From assembly GCA_017528045.1 (NCBI GenBank), contig JAFXPG010000014.1, positions 68,414 through 132,413 of the forward strand: a stretch of DNA of 64,000 nt, read 5' to 3'. The translations under genes were made by a program, and so were the position numbers. This stretch comes from Alphaproteobacteria bacterium (GTDB taxonomy: Bacteria; Pseudomonadota; Alphaproteobacteria; Rs-D84). The notes beneath the pieces are model-generated. The model was given only the letters and a program-made list of their open reading frames with translations, searched no databases and was not told where the DNA came from. Below are positions 49,253 to 57,678 of this stretch, piece after piece. Position 1 is the first letter of the stretch, and each line of letters begins with the position of its first letter.

Positions 49253-49404
49253 GTGGCGGATGGTGAGGGATTATCTCGGCACCTTGTGCCTGCGTTGCAA
49301 CCGTGACGATTTCACTGCATTAACATTTGTGAAATCTACTTGTTGTCGAACTCCAGCAACTGCGTTGCAGGGCCTAACCCCAAGCCACAATCACGATAAA
49401 AATA
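49253..49404. ncRNA. candidate structured RNA or relic of unknown class
   Basis: Conspicuously GC-rich 150 nt. Closing helix TTGTGGC / GCCACAA. Internal hairpins GGCAC-CTT-GTGCC and GATTTCAC-N13-GTGAAATC. No credible ORF. Class and strand undetermined. Confidence 0.3.
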
Positions 49405-49431
49405 AAATGCCCAAGCGGGCATTTAATTTTT
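49405..49431. terminator. bidirectional terminator (copy B of a duplicated hairpin)
   Basis: AAATGCCC-AAGC-GGGCATTT hairpin followed by AATTTTT. Differs from copy A mainly by a compensatory stem change. Confidence 0.75.
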
Positions 49432-49655
49432 ATGGCGGTGTTGTAATATTTGACGGTATTAGATATCCAATTTACAGGGTATTTACAGGGAATTTTTATG
49501 AAAAATACGTTATTTTACCGTAAATCATGCTACTGTAAGGCTTGTAACACGCCACTTTTATTCAAAATTCCCTATTCAAAAAGCAGGGAATTATTTTATA
49601 TTAACAGGGAATTTGCCACTATTATATTTGACTTTCTTTTTTAATTTGAAATATC

Positions 49656-50408
49656 ATGTTATTTATGCAAGCAGATACCAAAATGTTAGGAATTTGTAAA
49701 TTTTGTGGCGAAGAAAAACAATTGGTACAATCGCACATTATACCAAAGTGTTTACATGCAACAAACCAAGGTAGAATGGTTGGGATAAATGCAACCACAA
49801 AATTTGATATGAACCCTAATGCACAAAATGGTTATAAAGAACGTCTTTTATGTGCAGATTGTGATAACAAACTCGGTGTTTTTGATAATTATGCCAGAAA
49901 ATTCTTTTACGATATTATACCAAGTGCATCAACAGATATAAGCGATGGATTTAATATATATAATATTCAGTCCGATAAATTTGATTATGAAAAACTTTAT
50001 AAATTCTTTGTGTCTGTTTTATGGCGTTGTAGCATCTCTTCTAAAAGAGTCGATTTAAAAAAATATCAACAAATTGCGTTCGATATATTAACCGACAAAG
50101 CACCGATACAACCAGACTTATTTTTGCCAATAATTTGTAAAAAAGAAATAGAACACCCATCAAATTATGCAACCGGTATGTCCCCTGGACGATTTGCTGG
50201 AAAATATGCATATTGTTTGAAAATACCTGGTTATGAAATAACAATAGTTGTAAACACAAAAGATTCAAATGACCCAAAAAGTATCGATATGTATAAAACA
50301 TACTTTTGTAAAAATTGTATAAAGGTCATAAAAATGGACATGTTATCAACAGTTGATAAATTATTGTCACATAAAGTTGAACTTAATAAAAAACAATGCC
50401 AAATTTAA
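49656..50408 (+). CDS. HNH-type nuclease domain protein (second member of the family seen at 37129)
   Basis: ICKFCGEEKQLVQSHIIPKCLH...LLCADCDNKLG. The start is uncertain; alternative ATGs lie at 49665 and 49683. Confidence 0.5.
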   Translation: MLFMQADTKMLGICKFCGEEKQLVQSHIIPKCLHATNQGRMVGINATTKFDMNPNAQNGYKERLLCADCDNKLGVFDNYARKFFYDIIPSASTDISDGFNIYNIQSDKFDYEKLYKFFVSVLWRCSISSKRVDLKKYQQIAFDILTDKAPIQPDLFLPIICKKEIEHPSNYATGMSPGRFAGKYAYCLKIPGYEITIVVNTKDSNDPKSIDMYKTYFCKNCIKVIKMDMLSTVDKLLSHKVELNKKQCQI

Positions 50409-50605
50409 AATATTAACAAATAAAAAGTCCCGGATTCCTGGGACAAAAAATTAACTTTCCCAGATTTCTGCGGCAAATCCGTTTTCAACTGAAAAATTAG
50501 CAAATTTCCGCATATTATGTTTGAAAATAAAACGAATCCCGTTATTAATGAAAGTATAGGGAGAGAAAGGAGGCCCATAAATGTAAGGAACAAAGGAGGT
50601 GTACA

Positions 50606-51925
50606 ATGGGTACACTAGTATTTGAAAATGTAAAAATTGCGGATATTCATGGCTATGAACATAACGCAAAAATGCATCCTGAATCTCAGGTGCAACAGAT
50701 AATATCTTCTATAAACAAATTTGGGTTTAATAATCCAATATTAATTGATGAAAATAATGAAATCATTGCAGGTCATGGCCGTTTTTTAGCTGCTCAGGCA
50801 ATGAATCTGGAAACCGTTCCAACGATAAAGCTTTCGCATTTAACGGATGCGCAAAAACGCGCTTATAGATTGGCAGATAATAAGATTGCTGAAAACGGTG
50901 GCTGGAATAAAGAATTGCTAAGCCTTGAAATCAAAGATTTGGAAAAGATATGTTTGAACGATAATTTTGTAATCCAAGATATTGGATTTAATGATGCAGA
51001 ATTGGATTCTATCATTAACTTCACAGATGCCAAACCAATCAGTCAGAAAACCAATGCTGTGCCGTTTATACCAGAAGATGAAATCGTATCAAAGTCTGGT
51101 GATATATGGCAATTAGGTAAACATCGCATAATCTGTGGTGACAGTTTAAATCCAGACACATTTGTAAAATTGTTTGATGGTAAAAAGGCCGACATGATTC
51201 TGCAAGACCCACCATACAACGTCAAAATAGATGGTCATGTATGTGGTTCTGGCACTATTAAACACAAAGAATTTGCAATGGCATCTGGTGAAATGACTAT
51301 GGATGAATTCACAAAGTTTTTGATGAATAACTTCGCACTGTGTAAACAGTATTCCAACGATGGTTCTTTGCTTTACAACTTTATGGATTGGCGTCATATT
51401 TTGGAAATCACAACCGCTGGTAAGAATGTATTTGATAAATTCATCAATATGTGCGTGTGGGTAAAAACATCTGGTGGTATGGGCAGTTTATACAGGAGCC
51501 AACACGAACTGTGTTTTATATTCCAAAATGGCAAAGAATCACATAATAATAATGTCCAACTTGGCAAATATGGCCGGTATAGAACCAATGTATGGCAATA
51601 TGCTGGTGTAAATGCTTTTGGTAAACATAAACAAGATGGCATTATGCATCCAACGGTTAAGCCCGTAGAGATGTTAAAAGATGCGATATTGGATGTATCA
51701 AAACGTGGCGATATTGTGTTAGATTGTTTCCTTGGTTCAGGTAGCACTTTAGTTGCATGCCAACAATCTGGGCGCATTTGTTATGGCATAGAATACGAAC
51801 CGCTTTATATAGATACAACAATACGGCGCTTTCAGAATTTATTCGGCATAGATGCAGTAAATTTATCCACTGGTAAAACATACAATGAAATGTTGAAAGA
51901 ACACAAAGGGGGCAATAATGTCTGA
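50606..51925 (+). CDS. ParB-like nuclease domain fused to an N6-adenine/N4-cytosine DNA methyltransferase
   Basis: N-terminal ParB/Srx-like region (NPILIDENNEIIAGHGRFLAA). Methylase motif ILQDPPYN and C-terminal FLGSGST. Strong AAAGGAGG RBS. Confidence 0.85.
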   Translation: MGTLVFENVKIADIHGYEHNAKMHPESQVQQIISSINKFGFNNPILIDENNEIIAGHGRFLAAQAMNLETVPTIKLSHLTDAQKRAYRLADNKIAENGGWNKELLSLEIKDLEKICLNDNFVIQDIGFNDAELDSIINFTDAKPISQKTNAVPFIPEDEIVSKSGDIWQLGKHRIICGDSLNPDTFVKLFDGKKADMILQDPPYNVKIDGHVCGSGTIKHKEFAMASGEMTMDEFTKFLMNNFALCKQYSNDGSLLYNFMDWRHILEITTAGKNVFDKFINMCVWVKTSGGMGSLYRSQHELCFIFQNGKESHNNNVQLGKYGRYRTNVWQYAGVNAFGKHKQDGIMHPTVKPVEMLKDAILDVSKRGDIVLDCFLGSGSTLVACQQSGRICYGIEYEPLYIDTTIRRFQNLFGIDAVNLSTGKTYNEMLKEHKGGNNV

Positions 51926-52322
51926 TTATGAAATAGGATATGCTCGCCCACCAAAATCAACACGGTTTAAACCAGGTCAATCGGGCAACCCAAAGGGGCG
52001 TAAAAAGGGTTCTATGAATCTTGATACGATTTTGATGAAGGCTTTGGATGCAAAAATAACCGTTGAAACACCAGCCGGTACAAAGCGTATTACTAAAAAA
52101 GAAGCGATAGCTATGAGATTGGTAAACAAAGCGGCTATGGGCGATCCTAAATCAATACAAACACTGTTGCCTTGGATGTCTAAAGTAGAAGAACGCAACA
52201 AATTAATCGCGCAAAAGTTAGAAGATGTAACCGAACAAGATGATATGATAATAAAAGGTTTTATAGATGGTATCAGGACGAATAATGCCGCAACGTCAAC
52301 TGCAAGCAATATTGCGGAATAA
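51918..52322 (+). CDS. DUF5681-like protein (putative small terminase)
   Basis: RPPKSTRFKPGQSGNPKGRKKGS motif. Sits immediately upstream of, and overlaps, the large terminase. Confidence 0.6.
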   Translation: MSDYEIGYARPPKSTRFKPGQSGNPKGRKKGSMNLDTILMKALDAKITVETPAGTKRITKKEAIAMRLVNKAAMGDPKSIQTLLPWMSKVEERNKLIAQKLEDVTEQDDMIIKGFIDGIRTNNAATSTASNIAE

Positions 52323-53739
52323 CTTTAAAAGTTTTGTTATCAAGGTATTTCAAACAGTATCGAATGATACATACCTTGATAACTGGCATATAGACGTTGT
52401 GTGTAATGAAATAGAACAAATGATATCTGGTGAAAATACAAGATTGATTGTTAATTTGCCACCACGTAATATGAAATCCATTATTTGCTCTGTTGCATTA
52501 CCTGCGTATTTGTTGGGTAAAAATCCGCACGAACAGATAGTGTGTGTAAGTTATTCTGATGATTTGTCATCACAACTAGCAAACCAATTTAAAATGGTTA
52601 TAGAATCACAGTGGTATAAAGATTTATTCCCAGCGGTTATATTAAAAACACGTGGTTTGGATATGCTGCGCACAAGCGTTGGCGGTTATCGCTTTGCAAC
52701 ATCTATTTGTGGCCCATTAACAGGATTTGGTGGTAATTGGATAATAATTGATGATCCTTTAAAGGCTGGTGACGGTTTTTCTGATACGGTTCGTGAAAAA
52801 GTAAACGACTGGTATACAAATACTTTGTATTCACGATTGAATAATAAAAATACTGGTCGCATATTGGTTGTTATGCAACGTTTGCATGAAATGGATTTAA
52901 CAGGATATTTATTATCCAAATCACTTGGCTTCAAATAAATTCGCATACCAATTATTGCGGAAGAAAATGAAGATTGGTCTTTTACTGATAAATTCAATTG
53001 TGAACATCATATAAACAGACAAAAAAACGATTTATTGCATCCTGCACGTGAAAACTTTGATGCTGTCACCAGTATGCGTAATATGATGGGTGAATTTGCC
53101 TTTGCTGGTCAATACCAACAAAGGCCGGTGCCATTAGAGGGAGGTATTGTTAAACGTGGTTGGATACGTTATTATCAAAATTTACCAAGGATTTGGACTA
53201 TAGCTATTTCTTGGGATACAGCGGCAAAGGCTGGCTCAAAAAATGCGTATTCTGCATGTTCTGTACTTGGCATATGTGATGGTGACAAACCAGGTAAATA
53301 CAATAGAAAGATTGTGTTGTTGGAAGTTCACAGAATGAAATTGGAATTTCCACAATTGATGGAAAAAATAATTGAAATGTCCAATGAAATTCAAAACAAA
53401 TACCAGAAAATGTTCAATATGAAATTTATGCGTGTAGAAACAGTAATAGAAGACGCATCATCTGGGACACAGATTATACAATTTTTACATTCCAAGGGAA
53501 TACGCATAGAAGGAATCAAACCAGAAAACGATAAAGAAACCAGATTGATAGGAATTACACATCTTTTGGAAAATGGCACAGTATTATTACCAAACCAACA
53601 AGATGGTGAAACGGTGGACTTTTTCGATGAATTGTTTAAATTCCCGAATTCCACATTCAAAGATATGGTTGATTCATTCTCACAAGGTGTCAGATATATG
53701 GACGACAAATATGTTTCCGGATGTAAAGGGTATTTTTAA
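52285..53739 (+). pseudogene. phage terminase large subunit interrupted by a single in-frame TAA at 52936-52938
   Basis: Track ORFs 52267-52938 and 53035-53739 are in the same frame. The gap translates cleanly (IRIPIIAEENEDWSF...). Walker B-like WIIIDDPLK and LHEMDLTGYL are present. Confidence 0.75.
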
Positions 53740-53741
53740 CG

Positions 53742-54467
53742 TTAAAATGGATATTCGCCATTTGCCCATTTGCAAGGATTGAAGTCCGCTATACCAGTGA
53801 CATATTTATCACACTGATCATAAAAACCATAAGTAATTCTAATATATTCACTTGACGAAAGAGTTTGTTTGTTCTTTTCTACATATTCATAAACAGCATT
53901 ATCTGATGCAGGTGTGCCATTGAACACACACGCTAAACATTCACACATTTTTTGAATATAATTCTGGTTTAGTTGAACACGACCGTTTTGCATATTATAT
54001 TCACATCTATTAAAAAATTGATTTTTTAATTTTTTTCGTATTTCGGGATTTTGTTTTGCTATTTTTGTTATTTTTGCTGTTTCTTCCTTTTCTTTTTGTG
54101 CAGCAACTTTTTTCCTTTTATCTATTTGATATTCATCGAATACTTTTGTGTTAACAACATGTATTGTTTTGTCGACAGAAATCTTATTTCCAGCTTTATC
54201 TGCAAAATACGAACCACCGAATCTTCCGCGGTTATCAGTGTCAAAAAACTTTTTATTTATTACAGCATAATCCGTAAATTCAGCGAACTCGTCTTTTGAA
54301 TAAGAATTTGTTTTTTTCATAATATCATCAGAAACACAGAAATAATCACCCTTAGAGATATTATAATTTTTTAAGCTATTATCATTAATTTTTCCACACC
54401 TATATGGGAAAGGTTCACTGGCCACACACGCAGCTAATATAAGTAGAAATAATAATCTTTTTTTCAT
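53742..54467 (-). CDS. putative lipoprotein, unknown function
   Basis: Lipobox-like LILAAC within the signal peptide. Cys-rich. Confidence 0.5.
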   Translation of the reverse strand: MKKRLLFLLILAACVASEPFPYRCGKINDNSLKNYNISKGDYFCVSDDIMKKTNSYSKDEFAEFTDYAVINKKFFDTDNRGRFGGSYFADKAGNKISVDKTIHVVNTKVFDEYQIDKRKKVAAQKEKEETAKITKIAKQNPEIRKKLKNQFFNRCEYNMQNGRVQLNQNYIQKMCECLACVFNGTPASDNAVYEYVEKNKQTLSSSEYIRITYGFYDQCDKYVTGIADFNPCKWANGEYPF

Positions 54468-54553
54468 ATTTATTCTTTTTTTAGATATTCATAATCCATC
54501 TTTGGTGGTATTAATATGATGTTGTAAAGATCCCACAGGCATTTGGTTTCATG

Positions 54554-54730
54554 TTATGATTGTTTTGATGTCTTCTCAATTTTTTCTATTATTAAACCTG
54601 CACATAAAAATAAAGTTGCCATTATTCCCCATAAACACGCATATATTTGTCCTGTAATATATTGTGCACTGAAAAGACTGCTAAAGAATTCTATTCCGCA
54701 TATAACGCATAATATTGCACATATCCACAT
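54554..54730 (-). CDS. small two-TM membrane protein (58 aa)
   Basis: Hand-translated MWICAILCVICGIEFFSSLFSAQYITGQIYACLWGIMATLFLCAGLIIEKIEKTSKQS. AAGGAGAG RBS 6 nt upstream. Below the track cut-off. Confidence 0.45.
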   Translation of the reverse strand: MWICAILCVICGIEFFSSLFSAQYITGQIYACLWGIMATLFLCAGLIIEKIEKTSKQS

Positions 54731-54751
54731 TTTTCTCTCCTTTTATTTTTT

Positions 54752-54974
54752 AACAAAAAGTTAACCGCCAAAGAAATTGGCGGCCGGGGAGTTCTCAAAT
54801 CATTTGTTCGTTGATTCCGTGGCTTTCGGTTTTTACCTGTTTTATAACCAACAGCTCCCCGACCATAAGTCAGGGATGATAACGGTGCAAAAGACACCGA
54901 TAACATCAGATTACGATGCTTCCGCACCGGAACAAATAGGCTTGAGATAGCCCCGAACCCAATCCCTTGGATTC
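54752..54974 (-). ncRNA. structured GC-rich leader or sRNA with its own promoter and an intrinsic terminator; class unknown
   Basis: Minus-strand promoter: TTGATT (55009-55004), 17-nt spacer, TATTAT (54986-54981). Multi-hairpin fold: GGGAT...ATCCC closes three hairpins, plus a long-range CGGGGAG...CTCCCCG helix. Terminator CCGCCAA-AGAAA-TTGGCGG (54765-54783) followed by a T-run on the minus strand. Confidence 0.45.
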
Positions 54975-55013
54975 ACTAGAATAATACATTAAAATATGAT
55001 AATAATCAAGTTA

Positions 55014-55241
55014 TTAAGGTTTTTGGGATAGTTGCTTTTTCCATAAAGCCGCCATTTGTAACAATTTATAATTAATACGTTTAATAAGCCATGCTTGGCG
55101 ACAAGTTAAATTGCCATCATTGGTCCTGCGGATTGCGGCTTCTAATTCCCGCAAAGAACGGCATGCAGCAAAGTAGAGCATAATAAAATCTGTTTTGTTA
55201 CTGGGCTTGATATCATCAAAATGCTTATACTTCATAGACAA
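55014..55241 (-). CDS. hypothetical protein (75 aa)
   Basis: ORF only. No family recognised. Confidence 0.35.
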   Translation of the reverse strand: MSMKYKHFDDIKPSNKTDFIMLYFAACRSLRELEAAIRRTNDGNLTCRQAWLIKRINYKLLQMAALWKKQLSQKP

Positions 55242-55347
55242 TCCTTTTTAAGATTGTCGTATTGATGATTATATTCCCGCGAAAGTCCAGTTATTTTATT
55301 TATTTTTTGAGTAAATCTCAGCAATTAATAATCATTGTTAAAAATAC

Positions 55348-55376
55348 TTGACAAACATATTCTTTTTGTCTAATAT
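55348..55376 (+). promoter_or_regulatory. sigma70-like promoter of the radical SAM / aaRS-like operon
   Basis: TTGACA (55348-55353), 17-nt spacer, TAATAT (55371-55376). The inverted repeat GACAAA-N10-TTTGTC lies within the spacer. Confidence 0.55.
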
Positions 55377-55400
55377 GTAGTTATTAGAATTAGGATTGTA

Positions 55401-56606
55401 ATGAAAGAAACCAAACCTAAAAGTCTTTTTTTGTGGCCAAGAGAAATGTTCGCGCCACCAAGTTTATTTAAGCACTATGTATATTTGGGTGAGATGGCTG
55501 GGGTCGCCAAAAAATACTCTGATGTTGATATTATAGACCTAAGCTTGCAGAATATATCCAGGCAAGAATTCGTATCCAGGTTATCAGATAGAGATTTTGT
55601 GTTTATACCGGTTGAAGTATACACTGCTAGGTCAATTGTAAATTTGGTAGAATACGTAAGGAATCAAACAAAAGCAAAGATTATTGGGTATAGTACGGCT
55701 TGCGCTTTAAATCCTGGATTATTTACCAATTATTTTGATTATGTTGTTGCATCTGGTTTTAGGGGAAACGCAATAAAAGCTATATTACAGGGCGATTTTT
55801 CGGATTTTTCAATTGATGGCAACATCATAAAAACAAAGCAAAAACCGTCTAATATCGAATGGGGCATTGCACCATTAAATCAAATGCCTGTGCAAGAATA
55901 TTTAAAGATTTCAAACAATGAAGTGGAATTGAGTGTACAAATGGGATGCAAAGCGAACTGTGCCTTTTGCATGGAAAAAATATTTCATCCGGCAAGTTTT
56001 GTAGAGTATCGTCCAATACCAGAGATTGTTAAGTTTTTTGAAACAAATATTTATGACAGGTATTTTTTAGATGCTACCACTTTTACTATAGATAAAAAAT
56101 GGGTGTTAAATTTATGCGATGCTATCAGGACAGCAAGTGTACCCAATATACCCAAGTGGCGTACTGTTACTCGTGTAGACTGTTTAGATGAAGAATTATG
56201 TACAGCCATGTCTTCTGCTGGATGCTACCAAATTGGCCTTGGCATAGAATCATTATCGCCAAATGTTCAAAAAAATGTTCATAAAGTTATCCAAGAACAA
56301 AAGATTATTCAAGTGTTTGATATGTTGAAACGCAATAATATTCAACCTCGCGGTTTCTTTATTTTGGGTCTGCCTGGTCAAGCAAAAGAAGATGTTGATT
56401 ACTGTTTGTCTTTCATAAAAGATAATAATATTCCATGTCGTTGGAAGGAATACTTGCCTCTTCATAACGTAAAAACGTTTAATGATATTGCGCAACTTAA
56501 ACCGTTTGAAAAAGATTCTTTCTTTTTCCACCCAGTGGCAAACATGTCCAAAGAAGACTATTTGAAAGTATTATTGAAAGATACCAGGTATACAAGGAGC
56601 AAATAA
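55401..56606 (+). CDS. radical SAM enzyme with an N-terminal B12-binding-like domain (class B-like)
   Basis: Roughly 170-aa Rossmann-like N-domain followed by SVQMGCKANCAFCMEK (CxxxCxxC). Confidence 0.75.
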   Translation: MKETKPKSLFLWPREMFAPPSLFKHYVYLGEMAGVAKKYSDVDIIDLSLQNISRQEFVSRLSDRDFVFIPVEVYTARSIVNLVEYVRNQTKAKIIGYSTACALNPGLFTNYFDYVVASGFRGNAIKAILQGDFSDFSIDGNIIKTKQKPSNIEWGIAPLNQMPVQEYLKISNNEVELSVQMGCKANCAFCMEKIFHPASFVEYRPIPEIVKFFETNIYDRYFLDATTFTIDKKWVLNLCDAIRTASVPNIPKWRTVTRVDCLDEELCTAMSSAGCYQIGLGIESLSPNVQKNVHKVIQEQKIIQVFDMLKRNNIQPRGFFILGLPGQAKEDVDYCLSFIKDNNIPCRWKEYLPLHNVKTFNDIAQLKPFEKDSFFFHPVANMSKEDYLKVLLKDTRYTRSK

Positions 56607-56607
56607 A

Positions 56608-57678
56608 ATGATTGGCCGTGTTTTAGAAACAAAAAAAATGAAAACATTTATTTTTATCAAAGTTGGCAATGCCAATGAGGTTGTGTGTGGTCAAATAGAT
56701 AAAAGTTTAGAACCAAGGCCCCATACCAGTGATATTGTTAAATTTGATATAGAAAATGATCCAGATGAAATATTGCCACATTTTGTAAACATGGATGTGT
56801 TAGAAAGATGCAATGCGCCTGAGATTGTTAACCCAGATATGATACAAATATCATTATATAAAAGTAAATTTGAACAAATTGCTGATGCACATTTCTCTAA
56901 AATAGGCGCAATAAAAGTTCATACACCAACATTAGGTAGATACAAAGGGACTTCGAATATAGATCCTTATGAAACCCAGAATAAAAAAGGTAAAACATTA
57001 TATTTAAAATTTACACACGATTTGTTATTACGCTCGGTTTTGGCAGATGTATTAGTACCTGTATATGAAATAGGAAATGTTTTCAGAAATATGGGGATTT
57101 CGTATAAATATGCCACAGAATACACAATGTTGGAATCTCATATACCGTGCCAGGATCTACAGTATGGTATAAATTTGGCACAAACAATTTTGCAAGATTT
57201 TGCGCATTCAATTGGAAAAAATGATTTTGATAATCTGCCTGTTAAAACATTACAACAATCTTTTTCTGAATTTGGTAAAGATCTTGCCAATATGCCTGAT
57301 TCAGAACAAGTTGATTTTTATAAAGACAAAATTAAACCGTCTGGCACCTTTATTTCCGTTTATCAACCAGCAATTGCGAGTCCATTGGCTAAAATAGATC
57401 CAAAAACCAACTTGGGACTTGATGCAGAGATAATATATAACGGTAAAGGGATTGCACATATATATGTTTGTGAAAATAATTATGATAAACTGCTAAAAAT
57501 CTTCAAAAATCAAGACAAGACTCAACAAAGATGGGATAAGGATTTTTTATTAAAAGCCAAAGCTGGCATTCCTTCAACTGTCGGTGTTGCAATAGGATTG
57601 GACAGAACTATAGCCGGATTATTTGGGGTTACCGTCAATGATTTAGTTATGAGAGGCAAATTATCAAATGAACGATGA
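56608..57678 (+). CDS. class IIb aminoacyl-tRNA synthetase paralogue (LysRS/EpmA-like), divergent
   Basis: Short OB-like N-domain (GRVLETKKMKTFIFIKVGNANEVVCGQI). Motif 1 (KVHTPTL), motif 2 (VYEIGNVFRNMGISYKYATEYTMLESH), SPLAK, motif 3 (GVAIGLDRTIAGLFG). Starts 1 nt after the upstream stop. Confidence 0.8.
   Translation: MIGRVLETKKMKTFIFIKVGNANEVVCGQIDKSLEPRPHTSDIVKFDIENDPDEILPHFVNMDVLERCNAPEIVNPDMIQISLYKSKFEQIADAHFSKIGAIKVHTPTLGRYKGTSNIDPYETQNKKGKTLYLKFTHDLLLRSVLADVLVPVYEIGNVFRNMGISYKYATEYTMLESHIPCQDLQYGINLAQTILQDFAHSIGKNDFDNLPVKTLQQSFSEFGKDLANMPDSEQVDFYKDKIKPSGTFISVYQPAIASPLAKIDPKTNLGLDAEIIYNGKGIAHIYVCENNYDKLLKIFKNQDKTQQRWDKDFLLKAKAGIPSTVGVAIGLDRTIAGLFGVTVNDLVMRGKLSNER

Noticed and set aside
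49253-49404. Two-piece (permuted) alphaproteobacterial tmRNA, or a tRNA-like gene serving as the integration target
   Set aside because: On neither strand could I find a T-arm (5-bp stem plus TTCGANT loop) next to an acceptor strand and CCA. No reading frame ends in a tag-like ...LAA. The GGAGTTCGAC string on the minus strand does not fold as a T-arm.
49253-49404. 6S RNA (ssrS)
   Set aside because: There is a local resemblance to the E. coli 6S apical region (GCGG.TGGTGAG....CTCGG). However, the segment is too short and lacks the long closing stem and central bubble. Only a covariance-model search could settle it.
49251-49644. Track ORFs 49251-49523 and 49450-49644 as genes
   Set aside because: They start on non-ATG codons, have no RBS, and cross terminator hairpins and the repeat array. 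Their composition is implausible for protein.
50405-50669. Minus-strand hydrophobic ORFs (62 and 72 aa) between the HNH gene and the methylase gene
   Set aside because: They have no RBS. One reads through the GTCCC...GGGAC hairpin and the other overlaps the methylase start. A small toxin-like peptide cannot be excluded, but there is no positive support.
52936-52938. In-frame TAA in the terminase as programmed readthrough or an alternative genetic code
   Set aside because: TAA terminates most well-supported genes in the window, including rplL, rpoC and plsX. Standard code 11 applies. A pseudogene or a sequencing error is the simpler explanation.
54543-54927. Track ORFs 54691-54927 (minus, 78 aa) and 54543-54764 (plus, 73 aa) as genes
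   Set aside because: The first runs through the GC-rich structured region and the terminator and has a basic, low-complexity translation. The second is antisense to a better small ORF that has a strong RBS. Both are treated as spurious.
54752-54974. Assignment to a known riboswitch class (cobalamin, ZTP/pfl, guanidine-I/ykkC, TPP, Mn)
   Set aside because: Only short partial matches were seen: CCGGTGCGGAAGC, GGTCGGGGAGC, AAGCCACGG and CTAG...GGGTTCGGGG. No complete conserved core of any class could be aligned by eye.
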